Below are positions 1 through 11,519 of a DNA stretch of 64,000 nucleotides, piece after piece (the stretch's first letter is position 1; each line of letters opens with the position of its first letter). The DNA is from Oopsacas minuta (Eukaryota > Animalia > Porifera). Below the pieces are notes generated by a model. That model saw only the letters and a list, made by a program, of their open reading frames with translations. It ran no database searches and had not been told where the DNA came from. Location of the stretch: the NCBI GenBank assembly GCA_024704765.1, contig JAKMXF010000310.1:1282984-1346983 (forward strand). The letters are read 5' to 3'. The translations under genes were made by a program, and so were the position numbers.

Positions 1-942
1 GTTGTTGATTGGGCTAGACGCTTTCGTGAAGGTAGAGTGTCCATTGAAGATGGGGCAAGAATAGGGAGACCAGTTTCCAGCACCAATGACAAAAATATCC
101 TTGAGGTATCCGCGTTACTTGAAGAAGACCCTCATATCACGCTTGTGGAGATAGCTGATGCGGTTGGTATCTCAACGGGAACTGCTCAAGCTATTGTACA
201 TGATAATATGAAATTCCGAAAGATATGTGCTCGATGGGTGCCGCATTTACTAACTCAGGCCCAGAAAGCAAAGAGGGTCCAATGCGCTACTAAATTGCTC
301 TCTGAGTTTGATCGAACTGACTCCAGAAGGTTATTTGAGATAGTAACAGGTGACGAAACTTGGGTACGTTATTCTGAGCCTTTATCAAAAGAAGCAAACA
401 AAGTATGGGTGGCAAAAGGACAGGACCCACCAATGATCCCTCGACATGACTTTCGGGATCCGAAGGTTATGTACTGTATATTTTTTGATTCTAATGGTCC
501 AGTGTGCCAGATTTGTGTCCCCAAATACCAAACAATAACAGGCTCCTTCTACACCAATGAGTGTCTAACAGAGGTTGAAAAATTCTACCAAAATCGACGG
601 CCAAGGACTGGAACTCGTGGATTGCGAATATTGCATGATAACGCCCGACCGCACAAGACAAAGCTGGTTAGAGAAAAGTTAGAAGCTATGAAAATTGTGG
701 AGCTAGATCACCCTCCCTACTCGCCAGATCTAGCTCCCTGTGACTTTTGGTTGTTTCCAAAGCTAAAGAAACATCTATCAGGCAGGAAATTCGAGAGTCG
801 AGCTCAGATAGGATCGGCGATTTTCCAGTATATGAAAGGTGTACCAACCGAAGACTACAAAAAAGTATTTTTCGATTGGATAAAAAGGCTGAAATTGGTT
901 TTACAGCACGAAGGGGAATACTTTGAGAAACTCCATCACTGA
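1..942 (+). CDS. mariner transposase, N-terminally incomplete; frame open from base 1
   Basis: Motifs ARWVPHLL, VTGDETW, LHDNARPH and HPPYSPDLAPCDF. There are 34 residues between catalytic D2 and D3, and no stops. Confidence 0.93.
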   Translation, partial: VVDWARRFREGRVSIEDGARIGRPVSSTNDKNILEVSALLEEDPHITLVEIADAVGISTGTAQAIVHDNMKFRKICARWVPHLLTQAQKAKRVQCATKLLSEFDRTDSRRLFEIVTGDETWVRYSEPLSKEANKVWVAKGQDPPMIPRHDFRDPKVMYCIFFDSNGPVCQICVPKYQTITGSFYTNECLTEVEKFYQNRRPRTGTRGLRILHDNARPHKTKLVREKLEAMKIVELDHPPYSPDLAPCDFWLFPKLKKHLSGRKFESRAQIGSAIFQYMKGVPTEDYKKVFFDWIKRLKLVLQHEGEYFEKLHH

Positions 943-1009
943 TTACACAATTATGCTAGAAAAATTTAGAATTACAATGTAATAACGACTACTTATTGAA
1001 CGCCCGTAG
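1..1009 (+). mobile_element. mariner (DD34D) element 1, 5' end outside window
   Basis: Right terminus ...TTATTGAACGCCCGTAG (to 1009) followed by TA. The terminus matches the TIR core of the other mariners in the window. Confidence 0.93.
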
Positions 1010-1283
1010 TAAATAATGATTGAAATAGATGGAAGCACAAGATACAATTTAAATGTGGGTATGTTAAATGTGTGTCTATGATCCAAAATAAGCTTTCTAT
1101 CGCCTCTAGCAACTGAATTTTAAGCTCAAAAACTATAATTTATGATAATATGAAAGGTATCAATGACGTCATAACTTTTTAATGAGATGACCCAGATTTT
1201 TTTTTTAGGCAGAAATCGTTTTCTCAGGGGTAATTTCCTATTGGCTAATAATGCATTATATATCTCTATCTTGCATGGTTTTC

Positions 1284-1319
1284 CTATTTCCATTTCACCC
1301 CCCAAAAATGCCCACTGTG
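1284..1319 (-). mobile_element. orphan Transib-like terminus facing left
   Basis: Minus strand reads CACAGTG-20 nt-TGGAAATAG. It resembles the 12283 terminus (ACAGTGGGCATTT...GGAAATAGGAAAA). The partner end is not visible. Confidence 0.6.
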
Positions 1320-1522
1320 TGGTCGGACACCACAGTGGAAAGAAATGACAGTTTGGTGGAAATAGCAATTTAGGTAACAGATATGCATTTATGATGTATT
1401 ATTGACTTAGAGGTTATCTACCCTATAAAACAGATGCACACTATCAGAATTTATATACATACAGCTTCGGAATCACGAATTATGACGTCATTGGAATTTC
1501 AATATAATATTTAGAAATAGAC

Positions 1523-4500
1523 TTAATCATCCTCTATTATGAGGGAATTAACAATAAGATCATGTTTACTAAGAATATCGCTGTACCTTGAGGCACTTTT
1601 CCATATTTTTCTGTTTAGTAGAAGAATCGGATCACTTTGGCAGACGATCCGAGCGAAAAGATCTTTTAAGTTTTCTTCAAAAGAAAAATTCCTCGGCAAA
1701 CGTTCTCAAAATCTTCTGAGTAACTCATTGCTAGACTCGAGACCTTCCTCTGATAACTGTTCCAGTCCATAACCATCATTATAATCAGAAATAATGTTTG
1801 CTGCATGAGCTAACAGTTTGTGCATCGTAGGGGTTATGTTAGCCTAAGAAAATTGCGTCAAAATCAGCTAATAAAGTTCGCGACATACCAATGAGTGTTC
1901 GTCTGTGTGTATTTTCTACTAGAATTATATACCTGTAGGATGGCTCCAAGGTAGGTGTGGATATCAGTGATCACTTGTTTGCAATTTGATGGTAATACTG
2001 TCAAAATCAAGTATAGGAAGTCTCTCTCACTATCATCTTTTCTCACTAAGTAACGCCTCACAACATTTCCTGTTGTAGAAGTTCCACCTTGTGAAGAAGC
2101 ACAATCAATCATCAAATTCAACTTTTCTTTTAACACGCCACAAATAAAACTCTTGGTGTATTGGACTTTAGTAGAAGTTGGTGACCATTTGGTCACTCCA
2201 GCAGTTAGATGGTTTACCAGGGACATAAGCCGACTGAAACACCTAAGGTATGCGTGTAATGATGAACCTGGGATTATGTCTATATCAGATAAAAGTGCAT
2301 GCGTAAGATTAAACCTTTCGTTAGAACTTAGTGAGAGAAATCGCTCTTCATCAACTTCTTCTAATATGATCTTTGCATTACTGATAAACCTGTTGATGGG
2401 AAAGCCATTCTGAACAAAAGTTAAATTGTGCATCTGCTCGAATGTAGTTGTGCAAAACTGACCACAAGCTCTTCCTGTACCACTCAAAATTTGAGCCATT
2501 TTCCATTAATTTCCGAACGCAAAATTTGCACACCAACAGTGATACCATTAATCAAATTCAGAACAATTATTATCGATGTGCTCAGTCTCCTTGTTGACCA
2601 TTGTCGACATAAGAAAGCCTACGTTTTCTAGATTTTCTTGAAGAGCAAGTATGGTTATTCGCCTTATCGAGAATGGGGATTTCGGAACAGAGTTCTTCCA
2701 GAGGAGTTTTCCTTGGTGATTGGTGATAGAAAGCACCTTGTATCCAATTAATAGAAAGTTCTTGGTTGTTAAATCGGGATAGGATATTGCTTGTTGATAA
2801 ACGCGGTGGGAACCTGACCAATCCAACCCATCAGATACCCGATTCTTAAGTGGTTGGTTATCACTGTCAATGGGAGTATTGTGAGTATTATCCTATTCAC
2901 TGTGCGGATGAGTAATCTGTGATAGGAAATGCCAATGCCAACCGGATACTCTCTTTCCACTCTTTCCATCTCATCAATTAGGCAAATTTGACTACGATGG
3001 ATTGCGACTCTATTGTAACCAGGAAGGGTGATATTCTCATTAATTAATATATCAGGGCATTCAATAAGTCTTGCGAGTCATGATATATCTTAGGAATTAG
3101 TCAAGTAATATATCTAACTTTCATATATTATAAGCCCATATAGTTAAACTCCATATACTGAAAGTTTCAAGCTTATTCAATACAAATTATGTATTTTTGA
3201 GATAGTTACGTGTAGTCAATTTATACCCACTGTTGAATTTATGGCTTCAAAGGATGATAATTTCAACTTCAAATGGCGAGCTTACATAGAGTTTCGCACA
3301 ATACTCAAGATCCAGCCCGTACAGATATTCAGCAAGTTACAGGAGATATTGTGGGTGGCTTTCCCTTCCAGATCTACTGTACAGCGATGGGCTGCCCGTT
3401 TAGATCTGGTGATGCTGATGTCACAGATTTGCCTTGATCTGGAAGAGCGATATCCGCCACCATTTCAGAGAATATCGCACTCATTGAAAGTATGGTCATG
3501 GAAGACAAGTGCATTACTGTCAATCAGTTAGAACAAAGTATGGAGATTTCATTGGGAGTTATTCATACAATTCTGACGACTGAGCTTGGCTACCGATCGA
3601 TTTGTGTGAAATGGCTCCCGCATAAGCTCAGTGAGAATCAAAGGTTGGCACGACTGAATATTGCCTAGAGACTCTTGGAAACTTATGAAAACTGCGATTC
3701 TAGACGCCTAACAGAAATTATTACTGGTGACGAGACATGGGTGTATTATCCAACACCATATAGCAAGTATAAGAAGCGATCATGGGTGAAGGGCGACGAA
3801 CAAGCGGCGAAAATTCCTAGGCCCAACTTCAGAAACCTAAGATTATGTATACCATCTTCTTCAGTAGTTATGGAATTCTCTTGCAATTACCTTGTGAGAG
3901 TGGCAAGGGAGTTACTGCTACTTTCTTTACAGAGCAAGTGCTTCCAAATTTGATAAAAATATAGAAAAGTACCGCCCGAAACCGGAACTCGAGGAATGAA
4001 GATTGTAATTGATAACGCCAGTTCCTATACAGCTAAGCTTTCCAAAATTTCTTGGATGTAGAAGGGTTGGAATTACTTCCCCATCCACCATACTCACCAG
4101 ACCTAGCTCCGTGTGATTTTGGCTATCTCAAGCTTAAAATCTACCTTCAAGGCAAAGATTTTAACACATTACAAGTACTCGGAACGGGTCTGTACCAGTA
4201 CTTCAAATCCATCCCCGAAGAAGAGTACAGAAATGTGTTTTACAAGTAGGTGGAAAGGTTAAAACTTTGTGTATCTGCAGGCGGGGATTACTTTGAATAA
4301 ATAATAAGTGAATTAGTGTGCACAGTGTTTGTATCATATTCTATAATATCACCCACAAGACTTATTAAACGCCCTAGTACGTCTTAGGTCGATGTATTTT
4401 GACTTCCCGATTTCTAATGAGTCTAGTAAGATGCAAGACGAATCTAAAGAGAGTTTCCTGTTGAAATTCCTAATCAATGACTTCTTGCAGTTACATTTTG

Positions 4501-4974
4501 CTGATATTAGCGGGCTAACATCATGCTCTTCCTGTGAATACAACAACAGTAAGTAGCTAGAAATCATCTTAGGTGAAACTTCTCCCCGCTGTGCGACAGT
4601 TTCCAGATGTAATCTCAGGTTGGCTAATCGATATCGCATACCTTTATTACTTAATTCGCTGATTTGCTTCCGAGATACTCGACTAAAATCTTCCTCGAAT
4701 ACAATTGTAGATTCCTTGAAGAGTCTATCTTCATTTGAAGACTGTGGAATGTCATCCATTTGAGGATCCCTACAAAAGAGCAATTCCTCCCAAGTTGCTA
4801 AGTCCTTCTCTTTCAAATATATTTTCTTTCAGACTTAATATTTGAAAATTTTCGGCGGAAAAGGTCACAATTGGACTCTCCAAGATTATATTTAGCAATA
4901 AACTCACGAGCAATCGTACTAAACGCTTTCTCCGAGTTGGACATATAGAAATTGAAGGCTTCTTTGTTGTTCAT
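1523..4974 (-). pseudogene. RAG1-core/Transib-like transposase pseudogene (~680 codons after removing the mariner)
   Basis: Colinear motifs after manual frame joining: MNNKEAF (ATG 4974), LLDSLEIGKSKY, SDGLDWSGSHRVYQQ (D1), EINGK-MAQ (D2 changed to N), ACGQFC, GSSLHAYLR, GGTSTTGNVVRR, ITPTMHKLLAH, SEEGLESSNELLRRF, SDP. These parallel RAG1 DGMGD / GYDEK / CTLC / ALHCDIGN / MNGNFAR / YFHKTLAH / SEGNESGNKLFRRF. Several frameshifts and stops. Confidence 0.85.
3052..4377 (+). mobile_element. mariner element 2 (decayed), inserted into the Transib-like gene
   Basis: Imperfect TIRs TCAGGGCATTCAATAAGTCTTG / CAAGACTTATTAAACGCCCTAG with TA on both sides (3050-51, 4378-79). Disrupted transposase ~3241-4300 with TGDETW and HPPYSPDLAPCDF. 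Confidence 0.92.
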
Positions 4975-6627
4975 TAGGACGGAGTAAAATTGAAACTAAT
5001 TAATAATCAACCATAAGATAAAATTTTGTTGCAAACAAAAGGGTTGTAAATTACGGGACGACCAGTAGAAATAGTTGCAAAACTCAATTAGCGCCAAGTT
5101 GCGCCAGGCTAGAACTAAGTTTATTTTGTTTTAAATATAACTTTCTTCAAAATAAAATCCAATTTACAACGGGCAACAACAGGCAAAGATAGTTGTGGCA
5201 TTTCAAACTCAATTGACTAAACATAAATTCACCAAAAATATTTGGAATTTCTACCTAGTTTAGTCTAAAAGCTAATATTATAATTTAGTAGTCATGTATT
5301 TTATTATAATGGTCATTTAAAGTAGTTCAATATGACAGGATACAATTTTCATATACAAACTAAAACACGAATATATGTCGAGTCCCTTTGGCTACTTTGA
5401 GAAACCTTGATTTTTGTGTTTTCATCATGTTGAAGTTACTCATCTATAAATAACTATTGTTCAAAAGTAAGACTATCAAATATCATTATATGCTGTATTT
5501 CTGGGTTTCCGAGTATGCTGAATAAGATAGGATTAATTAAATATCAAAATATCATTGTCAAATATTTAGCAATTTCCACCTGTTGTGCCATTGTGAAGTT
5601 TCAGCATCAAATGTCTTGAGGGCCGCTGAAATACCACTTTTGATTTGTCATCCATAATTAATTGGTTGTAAATTAGAATTGAAACTAATATGAATGGGTA
5701 TCAAATGTGAAAGTGATATATCAATAAACACTAGCGAGCTTCGTTTGCTAGGTAGTTGTGCGATAGCTTAGTGCCTCAGATTAGCTTAAGTATTCAATAA
5801 CTAAATTTCTTAGTGCTTTTAGTAGCTAAGCAACGGGGTAAACTCGGCACTTCGAGCCCTGAATATATAATATAGCGAAAACTTTAAGATTTGATAATCT
5901 ATGGTCCATCCAATTTAGATGTAATGTGGATAGGTAGTGACAATGGAAAACCTAAATATAATTAGGTTAGTAATCTCGGTACTTTGTGCCTCGTTTAGCA
6001 TTAAGAAAGAAGAAATTCTGTAGGGTTCTGATGACGCAATAATTCAAAGTTTGTATTTGGTTAAAATAAGTGCATCAAGGTATAGGAAACATTGAGGGGA
6101 ACCTATGATTAGATTATTTACATAATTGATGTATATTGGGTGAGCAGTATATAATAATGTGAATTTCAATATATTCCAAAGAAGTAGAAAATTATGACAG
6201 AGTTTCTAGTCGATTTAATCCCGATTTTCCCTATTACTAAGATGTATATTTGTGAATTTATTCAGAAAAATAGTGACTAGAGTAACTAGACAACTCAAAG
6301 TGAATTTTTTCTAATCAATTTAGTATAATTAGCCGGATCAATACGAACTACGCTAAATAGCAGGGTTGATAAAAATCATGATTTTTTTTAAAAATCAAAA
6401 AAATCCGATTTTTTTAATTTAAATCAGATTTTTTTTATTTAAATCGGATTTTTATTAATTTAAATCCGATTTTGTTTGACAGCTGACTGAACCATCCGGC
6501 CGTATCACCTGTCCTTGTTATAATAATGTATGCGTATTTATGAATTGTGAAGATTGATACATATAAATAAATGAATACATAATTGTGGTCTATCTCGTGG
6601 AATATAGAGTGTAGAAAATAGAATAAT

Positions 6628-8322
6628 TTAATTTTTCATGTTCAATATCCTATAAACGAACACCAGTTTAGCCGCCTTCTCAATTCCAAGTCGGTTGCGA
6701 GTTTTTGAGTGTATATATCCAAATGTAGAAAATACACGTTCAATTCCCGCACTTGAAGCAATTGCGGTGAGAAGTTGTTCAGCAACTTTAGTAATATCTT
6801 TCCCCAACATTCCATGCATTGATGCCCACCAGCAAGCTGGCGTAATATTATCAACTACATCGTCACTAAACATGTAGGATTTGAAAGGATCATATCCTGC
6901 TTTGAACTGCAAGACAGTCGCCATTGCATTTGGACAATGCTGATGAATATATTCCATTGCATCGGTAGCTTCTTTCTCAGTGAGTTTTCTTCCTCTATAC
7001 CTTGGGTCTATTAAGTTCGCAGAATAGTGTGCTGGAGAAATAGCTTGGGCAGCTCTTTCGTTTACTTTTCTTAGTACATGTGCCGGTTGCTGTGAACTTA
7101 GAAGATCCTCATAAAGTGTTTTCCATACTTCAACTGTATCGCTAATTATAGCATTTTCCCTTTGAATTCTATCTAGAGCAACTGAAATTGGTTTTAATCT
7201 AATAAAGAGATCTTCAGCGTTACGTTTGATAGAATAATTCTTAACTTTATTACCAATGTTCGAATTTATCTCATCACGATATTCTTCACAGACCTGTACA
7301 AGGATATGCCAGTTAGAAATATAGCTTTTCAAACAGTCCGTCAAAGTATTCCATCTAATTTCATGTGGGATAACAAGAGAATTACCACCAGCTTGCTTGT
7401 ATCTAGCTGCAGGTAGATGTGTATATCTAAAATATTTGACTATCTGGACAACTTGTTCTTTTACCCCAGTAATCTGCACATCTTGTGCTAATAGGTTCAA
7501 CAAATGAGCAGAGCATCCGTATGTCAATATTTCATTCGGTATCTTTTTTTGTAAATCTCTTCTCATTTTTGCCATATTGGCTGCGTTGTCAGTTACAACG
7601 TTACGTACATGACATCTAAAATTTATCTCACAGGAAGTAATAGCATCTGCAGCAAGTTCTGCCAGATATTCTGATGTGTGACTATGTCCAGAGGTATCAA
7701 TTGTCTCAGTAAGGAAAGTCTCTCCTTTGTCAGTTGTAACACTCACACACACGACAGGTTCATTATGTACGTTACTCCATCCATCCAGTGATAAGGAGAC
7801 TGTCTTATCCTCCAGGGTTTTTCTGCATGTATCCAAGAGAGATCCTTGTACATTATTTAATAGTTTATTCCCTATATCATGGCGATTTGGTGGTATATAA
7901 CCTGGCCGTAGCATCTTTATTAGTTTCATAAACTCGGGGTGTTCAACAGCTATAAAAGGCGTGTTAGTTGCGTAAATATAACGAGCAATTTGGAGATCCA
8001 GTAATTCTGCCTCTGATTTCGAAGTCTTCATGACATATTCACCGATATGAGTAATCCTAGGTCTTTTTTCTTTAGCAAAAAGACTTGTATCAGGCACTTC
8101 TCCACATAATGCAGTTGATCTGGCTACTAAATCAATTGATTCATTTTCAGCTATTATGGGATGGTCTTGCATGCTGCATGAAGAATAATGTTGCTTAAGG
8201 CGGTTGACCACCCCCTGCATCTCCTTTTTGCAAAGTTTACACCTTGCTTTCCAGCCAGCAACTCCTTCTGTCGTATACCGTTCGAAGTGGACCCATATAT
8301 CATCTTGTTTCCTACCTGCCAT
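6628..8322 (-). CDS. hAT transposase, 564 aa, intact ORF
   Basis: BED finger (W-x-HF...CKLC...LKQH), SLDGWS, VTDNAANM, CSAHLLNLL, RWNT, SSAGIERVFS and RNRL dimerisation-region motifs. Confidence 0.95.
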   Translation of the reverse strand: MAGRKQDDIWVHFERYTTEGVAGWKARCKLCKKEMQGVVNRLKQHYSSCSMQDHPIIAENESIDLVARSTALCGEVPDTSLFAKEKRPRITHIGEYVMKTSKSEAELLDLQIARYIYATNTPFIAVEHPEFMKLIKMLRPGYIPPNRHDIGNKLLNNVQGSLLDTCRKTLEDKTVSLSLDGWSNVHNEPVVCVSVTTDKGETFLTETIDTSGHSHTSEYLAELAADAITSCEINFRCHVRNVVTDNAANMAKMRRDLQKKIPNEILTYGCSAHLLNLLAQDVQITGVKEQVVQIVKYFRYTHLPAARYKQAGGNSLVIPHEIRWNTLTDCLKSYISNWHILVQVCEEYRDEINSNIGNKVKNYSIKRNAEDLFIRLKPISVALDRIQRENAIISDTVEVWKTLYEDLLSSQQPAHVLRKVNERAAQAISPAHYSANLIDPRYRGRKLTEKEATDAMEYIHQHCPNAMATVLQFKAGYDPFKSYMFSDDVVDNITPACWWASMHGMLGKDITKVAEQLLTAIASSAGIERVFSTFGYIHSKTRNRLGIEKAAKLVFVYRILNMKN

Positions 8323-8406
8323 ATCAAGTGTTGTTAAATGCTAAGGATAGTAGTAATCTAATAGTTATAAATCTTTTGTAAGTGGTTGTTTAAATATATA
8401 TATATA

Positions 8407-8553
8407 TAGACTCAGGGTCGCTTATTAATAACCAGCTTAATATGAACATTCGTTCATTATGAACAACCTCTCAGGTCCCGATTCTTCGGCTTACATAAGA
8501 TTTGTACTCAGCCAAGTCATTATGAAGGGGTTCACAATAAGCGACCCTGACTG
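8407..8553. mobile_element. ~147-bp MITE inserted in a TA run inside the hAT
   Basis: Inverted repeats CAGGGTCGCTTATT (8413-8426) / AATAAGCGACCCTG (8536-8549), flanked by TA. Confidence 0.7.
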
Positions 8554-8876
8554 TACAAATCATTTATTTTTATTTAAATCGAACAACCCTGCCGTCAAAT
8601 GAATAGATTTTCGATAGGTATAAATTTACAATAGCAAAATGGACATAATCAGCTTGATAAGATAATAAAAACATAAAATATTGAATTGAAAGAAGATATT
8701 TTGATCAAACAACCCTGCTAAATAGTATACTATATTTTAGAGTAAATATTTTTCTAAAAATACAACCGATAATATCATCTATTGGAAAGAAGTATTTGAA
8801 GAATTCCAAGATAATTAACTGGCCGCGAGGGCAGATACCGTAAAATTGAGTTAAAAGGACTTTTAGAGGACATATA

Positions 8877-10188
8877 CAGGGTTGGGCATAAGTTCTGCCA
8901 CAATATTATAATCCAGCCAAAAATTATTCCATTAGTTATTTGTATCTGTCATTTAGCTCAAACTTTGTTATAATATATATTTTTCACTCTTTTCCTGAAA
9001 TTTTATATTATCTTAGCCTTTTGAAGCGATAATTGGTCATGGAGCAAGAGAGGTCGAAAATCATTGAATTATTTCAAGCAGGAAAAAATCCTTCAGAAAT
9101 CTTCAATCTTCTGAAATTCCCTAATAGCAGAAGGAAGTTCATTACTCGAACTATTGAGCGATATGAAGTGACTGGCGGGATTACTGATAAACCAAGATCT
9201 GGCCGTCCACGGTCTGTAACGACACAAAGGCTTAAAAAAGTAGTACGTCAACGAATTCGCCGAAATCCCCGCCGGTCAATGAGCAAAATGGCCAAAGAAC
9301 TAAGAGTTTCACGTAGATCAATCGGACGAGTTGTTAAAAATGACTTGCATATGCGCTCTTTCAAGAGAAAGAGAGTCCATCACATCACGACCCTAGTGAA
9401 GGCAAAAGAGCATCGAGAAGCAAGGGACTTCTTAAGAGGCACGCGATCCATGGTCTCAATTCATTCCTGTTCTCAGATGAGAAATTATTCACCATTGAGG
9501 AAGCAACGAACCCTCAAAATGATCGCATTATCTCATCCTCAATTTCTTCTATCCCAGAAGAACTTCGATATGTCAGCCGTATACAAAAGCCACTTTCAGT
9601 CATGGTTTGGGCGGGAATATCATCAATTGGCCGGACACCACTCATATTCGTGCCTGCTGGCGTAAAAATCGACACCCAAACCTACCGTGAGCTTATTTTA
9701 GAACCTGTAATACAAGATCTCTCTAAAACTATGTTTTCTGGGAAACCTTTCGTGTTCCAACAAGATGGTGCTCCAGCCCACACATCGAATGCCACTCAGG
9801 CCTGGCTTCGAAGCAATAATCCAGATTTTATTCAAAAGGAAGAATGGCCACCATACAGCCCCGATTTAAATCCAATGGATTATTCTATCTGGTCCATTTT
9901 GGAAACGAGGGCATGTTTGAAGTCTCACACCAATATAGACTCTCTGAAAAAGTCTTTGTGTCGAGAATGGGAGAGAATACCCCAAGAAATACTCCGTGCC
10001 GCTGTAGAGGCCTTCCCTAAGAGACTAAAGGCTGTAATTGAAAGAAAAGGAGGATACATCGAATAATTAACGTATCTGCGAATCTATATACTATATTTAG
10101 TAGTACATACCGAATTTCAACATAATACAATATATCAATCGGAAAATATAGTTATTTAAAAATGTGGCAGAACTTATGCCCAACCCTG
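8877..10188 (+). mobile_element. DD37D (maT-type) Tc1/mariner element 1
   Basis: Perfect 26-bp TIRs CAGGGTTGGGCATAAGTTCTGCCACA and TA TSDs. Confidence 0.95.
9039..10066 (+). pseudogene. DD37D transposase with one 1-bp frameshift near 9404-9407
   Basis: HTH N-terminus, GRPR, FSDEKLF, FQQDGAPAH, WPPYSPDLNPMDY; 37-residue D-D spacing. Confidence 0.9.
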
Positions 10189-11165
10189 TATGTAAAACTA
10201 GACTCATTTGTTGAGTGAATTTTTGTCACAGATGCAGACGATGACACTATCTATCTGTAAGAAACTATATATGTGAAAATCTGATAAGAAAATTAGGAGG
10301 GAAAAGTGGAGAAATTCTTAAGTCGTGTTTAAATTTCGTTCAGAGAGTTGATGTATGCATTACTAGACTTAGCAAGTCTAGAGGCGTCCAAAAAGGAGTT
10401 ACTGGATAGAATGTTGCTACATTCCTGCGTTGATATGGAAAATATTTCCAAATATGATCACTTGAAGTTCGAAAACCTAAGTGAAAATTTCGCTACAATT
10501 ATGGGTATTTGAAACGTTAAACGCTAATTGTATTCATTAATGAGTTGCTGCTGGTCTCAAAGAACAAGCTTGTGTTGACAAATGGGGCGATAGCAGTAAT
10601 CGCGGTATCGGAAGAGATTTGATGATGAAACATGTCGTGTCGTAAACTCTCAATTGTTCTGAAATGTAAATTTTGCGACTTACGGAGCTTTCTAGTCTTT
10701 ATCACAAGGTTTGCCAAAATTTTCACAAGTTTTCCAAACCTTCCTATCATCAAGTGATTTCACTTCTTCGATTGGATTCTAGAATAGACTATAAAATTTC
10801 GCTTCGCTGCTGCGGTTGTCCAAGGCTACTGCAAAACCTTGGTGGCTGGAGCTGGGTGATGATTTACGAAAGTAACTATTCCAACAAGTGAGCGGTACAG
10901 TGCAACCAGCAGAATTGGGCGTGTCAAAAAGGGGACTGGTCATGGGGACTGTACAGTTAGGCTCTCAATTTATTTTTTGTCCTATACAAACGTACCTGTA
11001 GAAGTGGGGCCACCACGTTGAAATGCATTAAGACCTGGGCACACAAGGCGTAATCCTAATTACAATAAGATCAACAATAAGAACAGAACAACTTAGAACA
11101 ACGTTATAATGGAAGAAATAGGAAAACACAATGCAGGCTAAATCTATCCCACTCATATGTCTTTA

Positions 11166-11292
11166 TAGAGGCGTAGCCCGAGTGTGGCATATGCGGCACA
11201 TGTCGCACTTGATTTGCGTGTGTCCACCAAAAGTTTACATGACAATTCAGAACTTATGCAACACTCTTTGAGTGGCACTAGCTACGCCTCTG
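11166..11292. mobile_element. 127-bp hAT-type MITE
   Basis: Inverted ends (T/C)AGAGGCGTAGC / GCTACGCCTCTG. Only an imperfect TSD is visible. Confidence 0.6.
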
Positions 11293-11519
11293 TTTCTATG
11301 CTATGTAGATTTAATCTACTGCGCGTTAAATAAGGGTAAATGCTTACCACTCATGGTAATACTTTATTAATGAGGAATAAGTGACAATCAAGTAAAGTGA
11401 GGTAAAAGTACAGTATATCACAATTGGGGTCTCCAAATAAAAAAGGGTACCAAGCCCCCCAACTCTACGCTTTGCACTTTGTATCTTATCAGCAATCTAC
11501 TGGGCCGCTTGCGCATCCT

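Larger units (their letters stand above)
1331..5595 (-). mobile_element. Transib/RAG1-like DNA transposon, decayed, with nested mariner
   Basis: Termini CACAGTG (1331-1337) and CATTGTG (5589-5595), each with an internal GGTGGAAATWGCWA box, flank a RAG1-core-like transposase. The 5-bp flanks (GACAC / AAGTT) do not match, so no TSD is confirmed. Confidence 0.75.
6361..8717 (-). mobile_element. hAT transposon, complete
   Basis: Termini CAGGGTTG...CAACCCTG. Perfect 8-bp TSD CTAAATAG (6353-6360, 8718-8725). Subterminal ATTTAAATCNGATTTT repeats at ~6400-6475. Confidence 0.95.

Noticed and set aside
1331-1380. Canonical RSS nonamer (ACAAAAACC) at 12 or 23 nt
   Set aside because: Not present at either spacing at any of the five ends; the conserved second element is TGGAAATWG.
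1020-1520. RAG2-like gene tail-to-tail with the RAG1-like gene (ProtoRAG layout)
   Set aside because: The terminus lies ~190 bp after the stop and no kelch/PHD-like ORF is present.
2153-2631. Plus-strand ORFs overlapping transposase genes (also 6695-6877, 30170-30442, 55289-55694, etc.)
   Set aside because: Antisense shadow frames of transposase coding sequence.
4321-4327. Other CACAGTG/CACAATG heptamers (e.g. 4321, 2898, 20717, 21442, 26992, 36596, 45513)
   Set aside because: They lack the TGGAAAT box and TSD context, so they are treated as chance matches.
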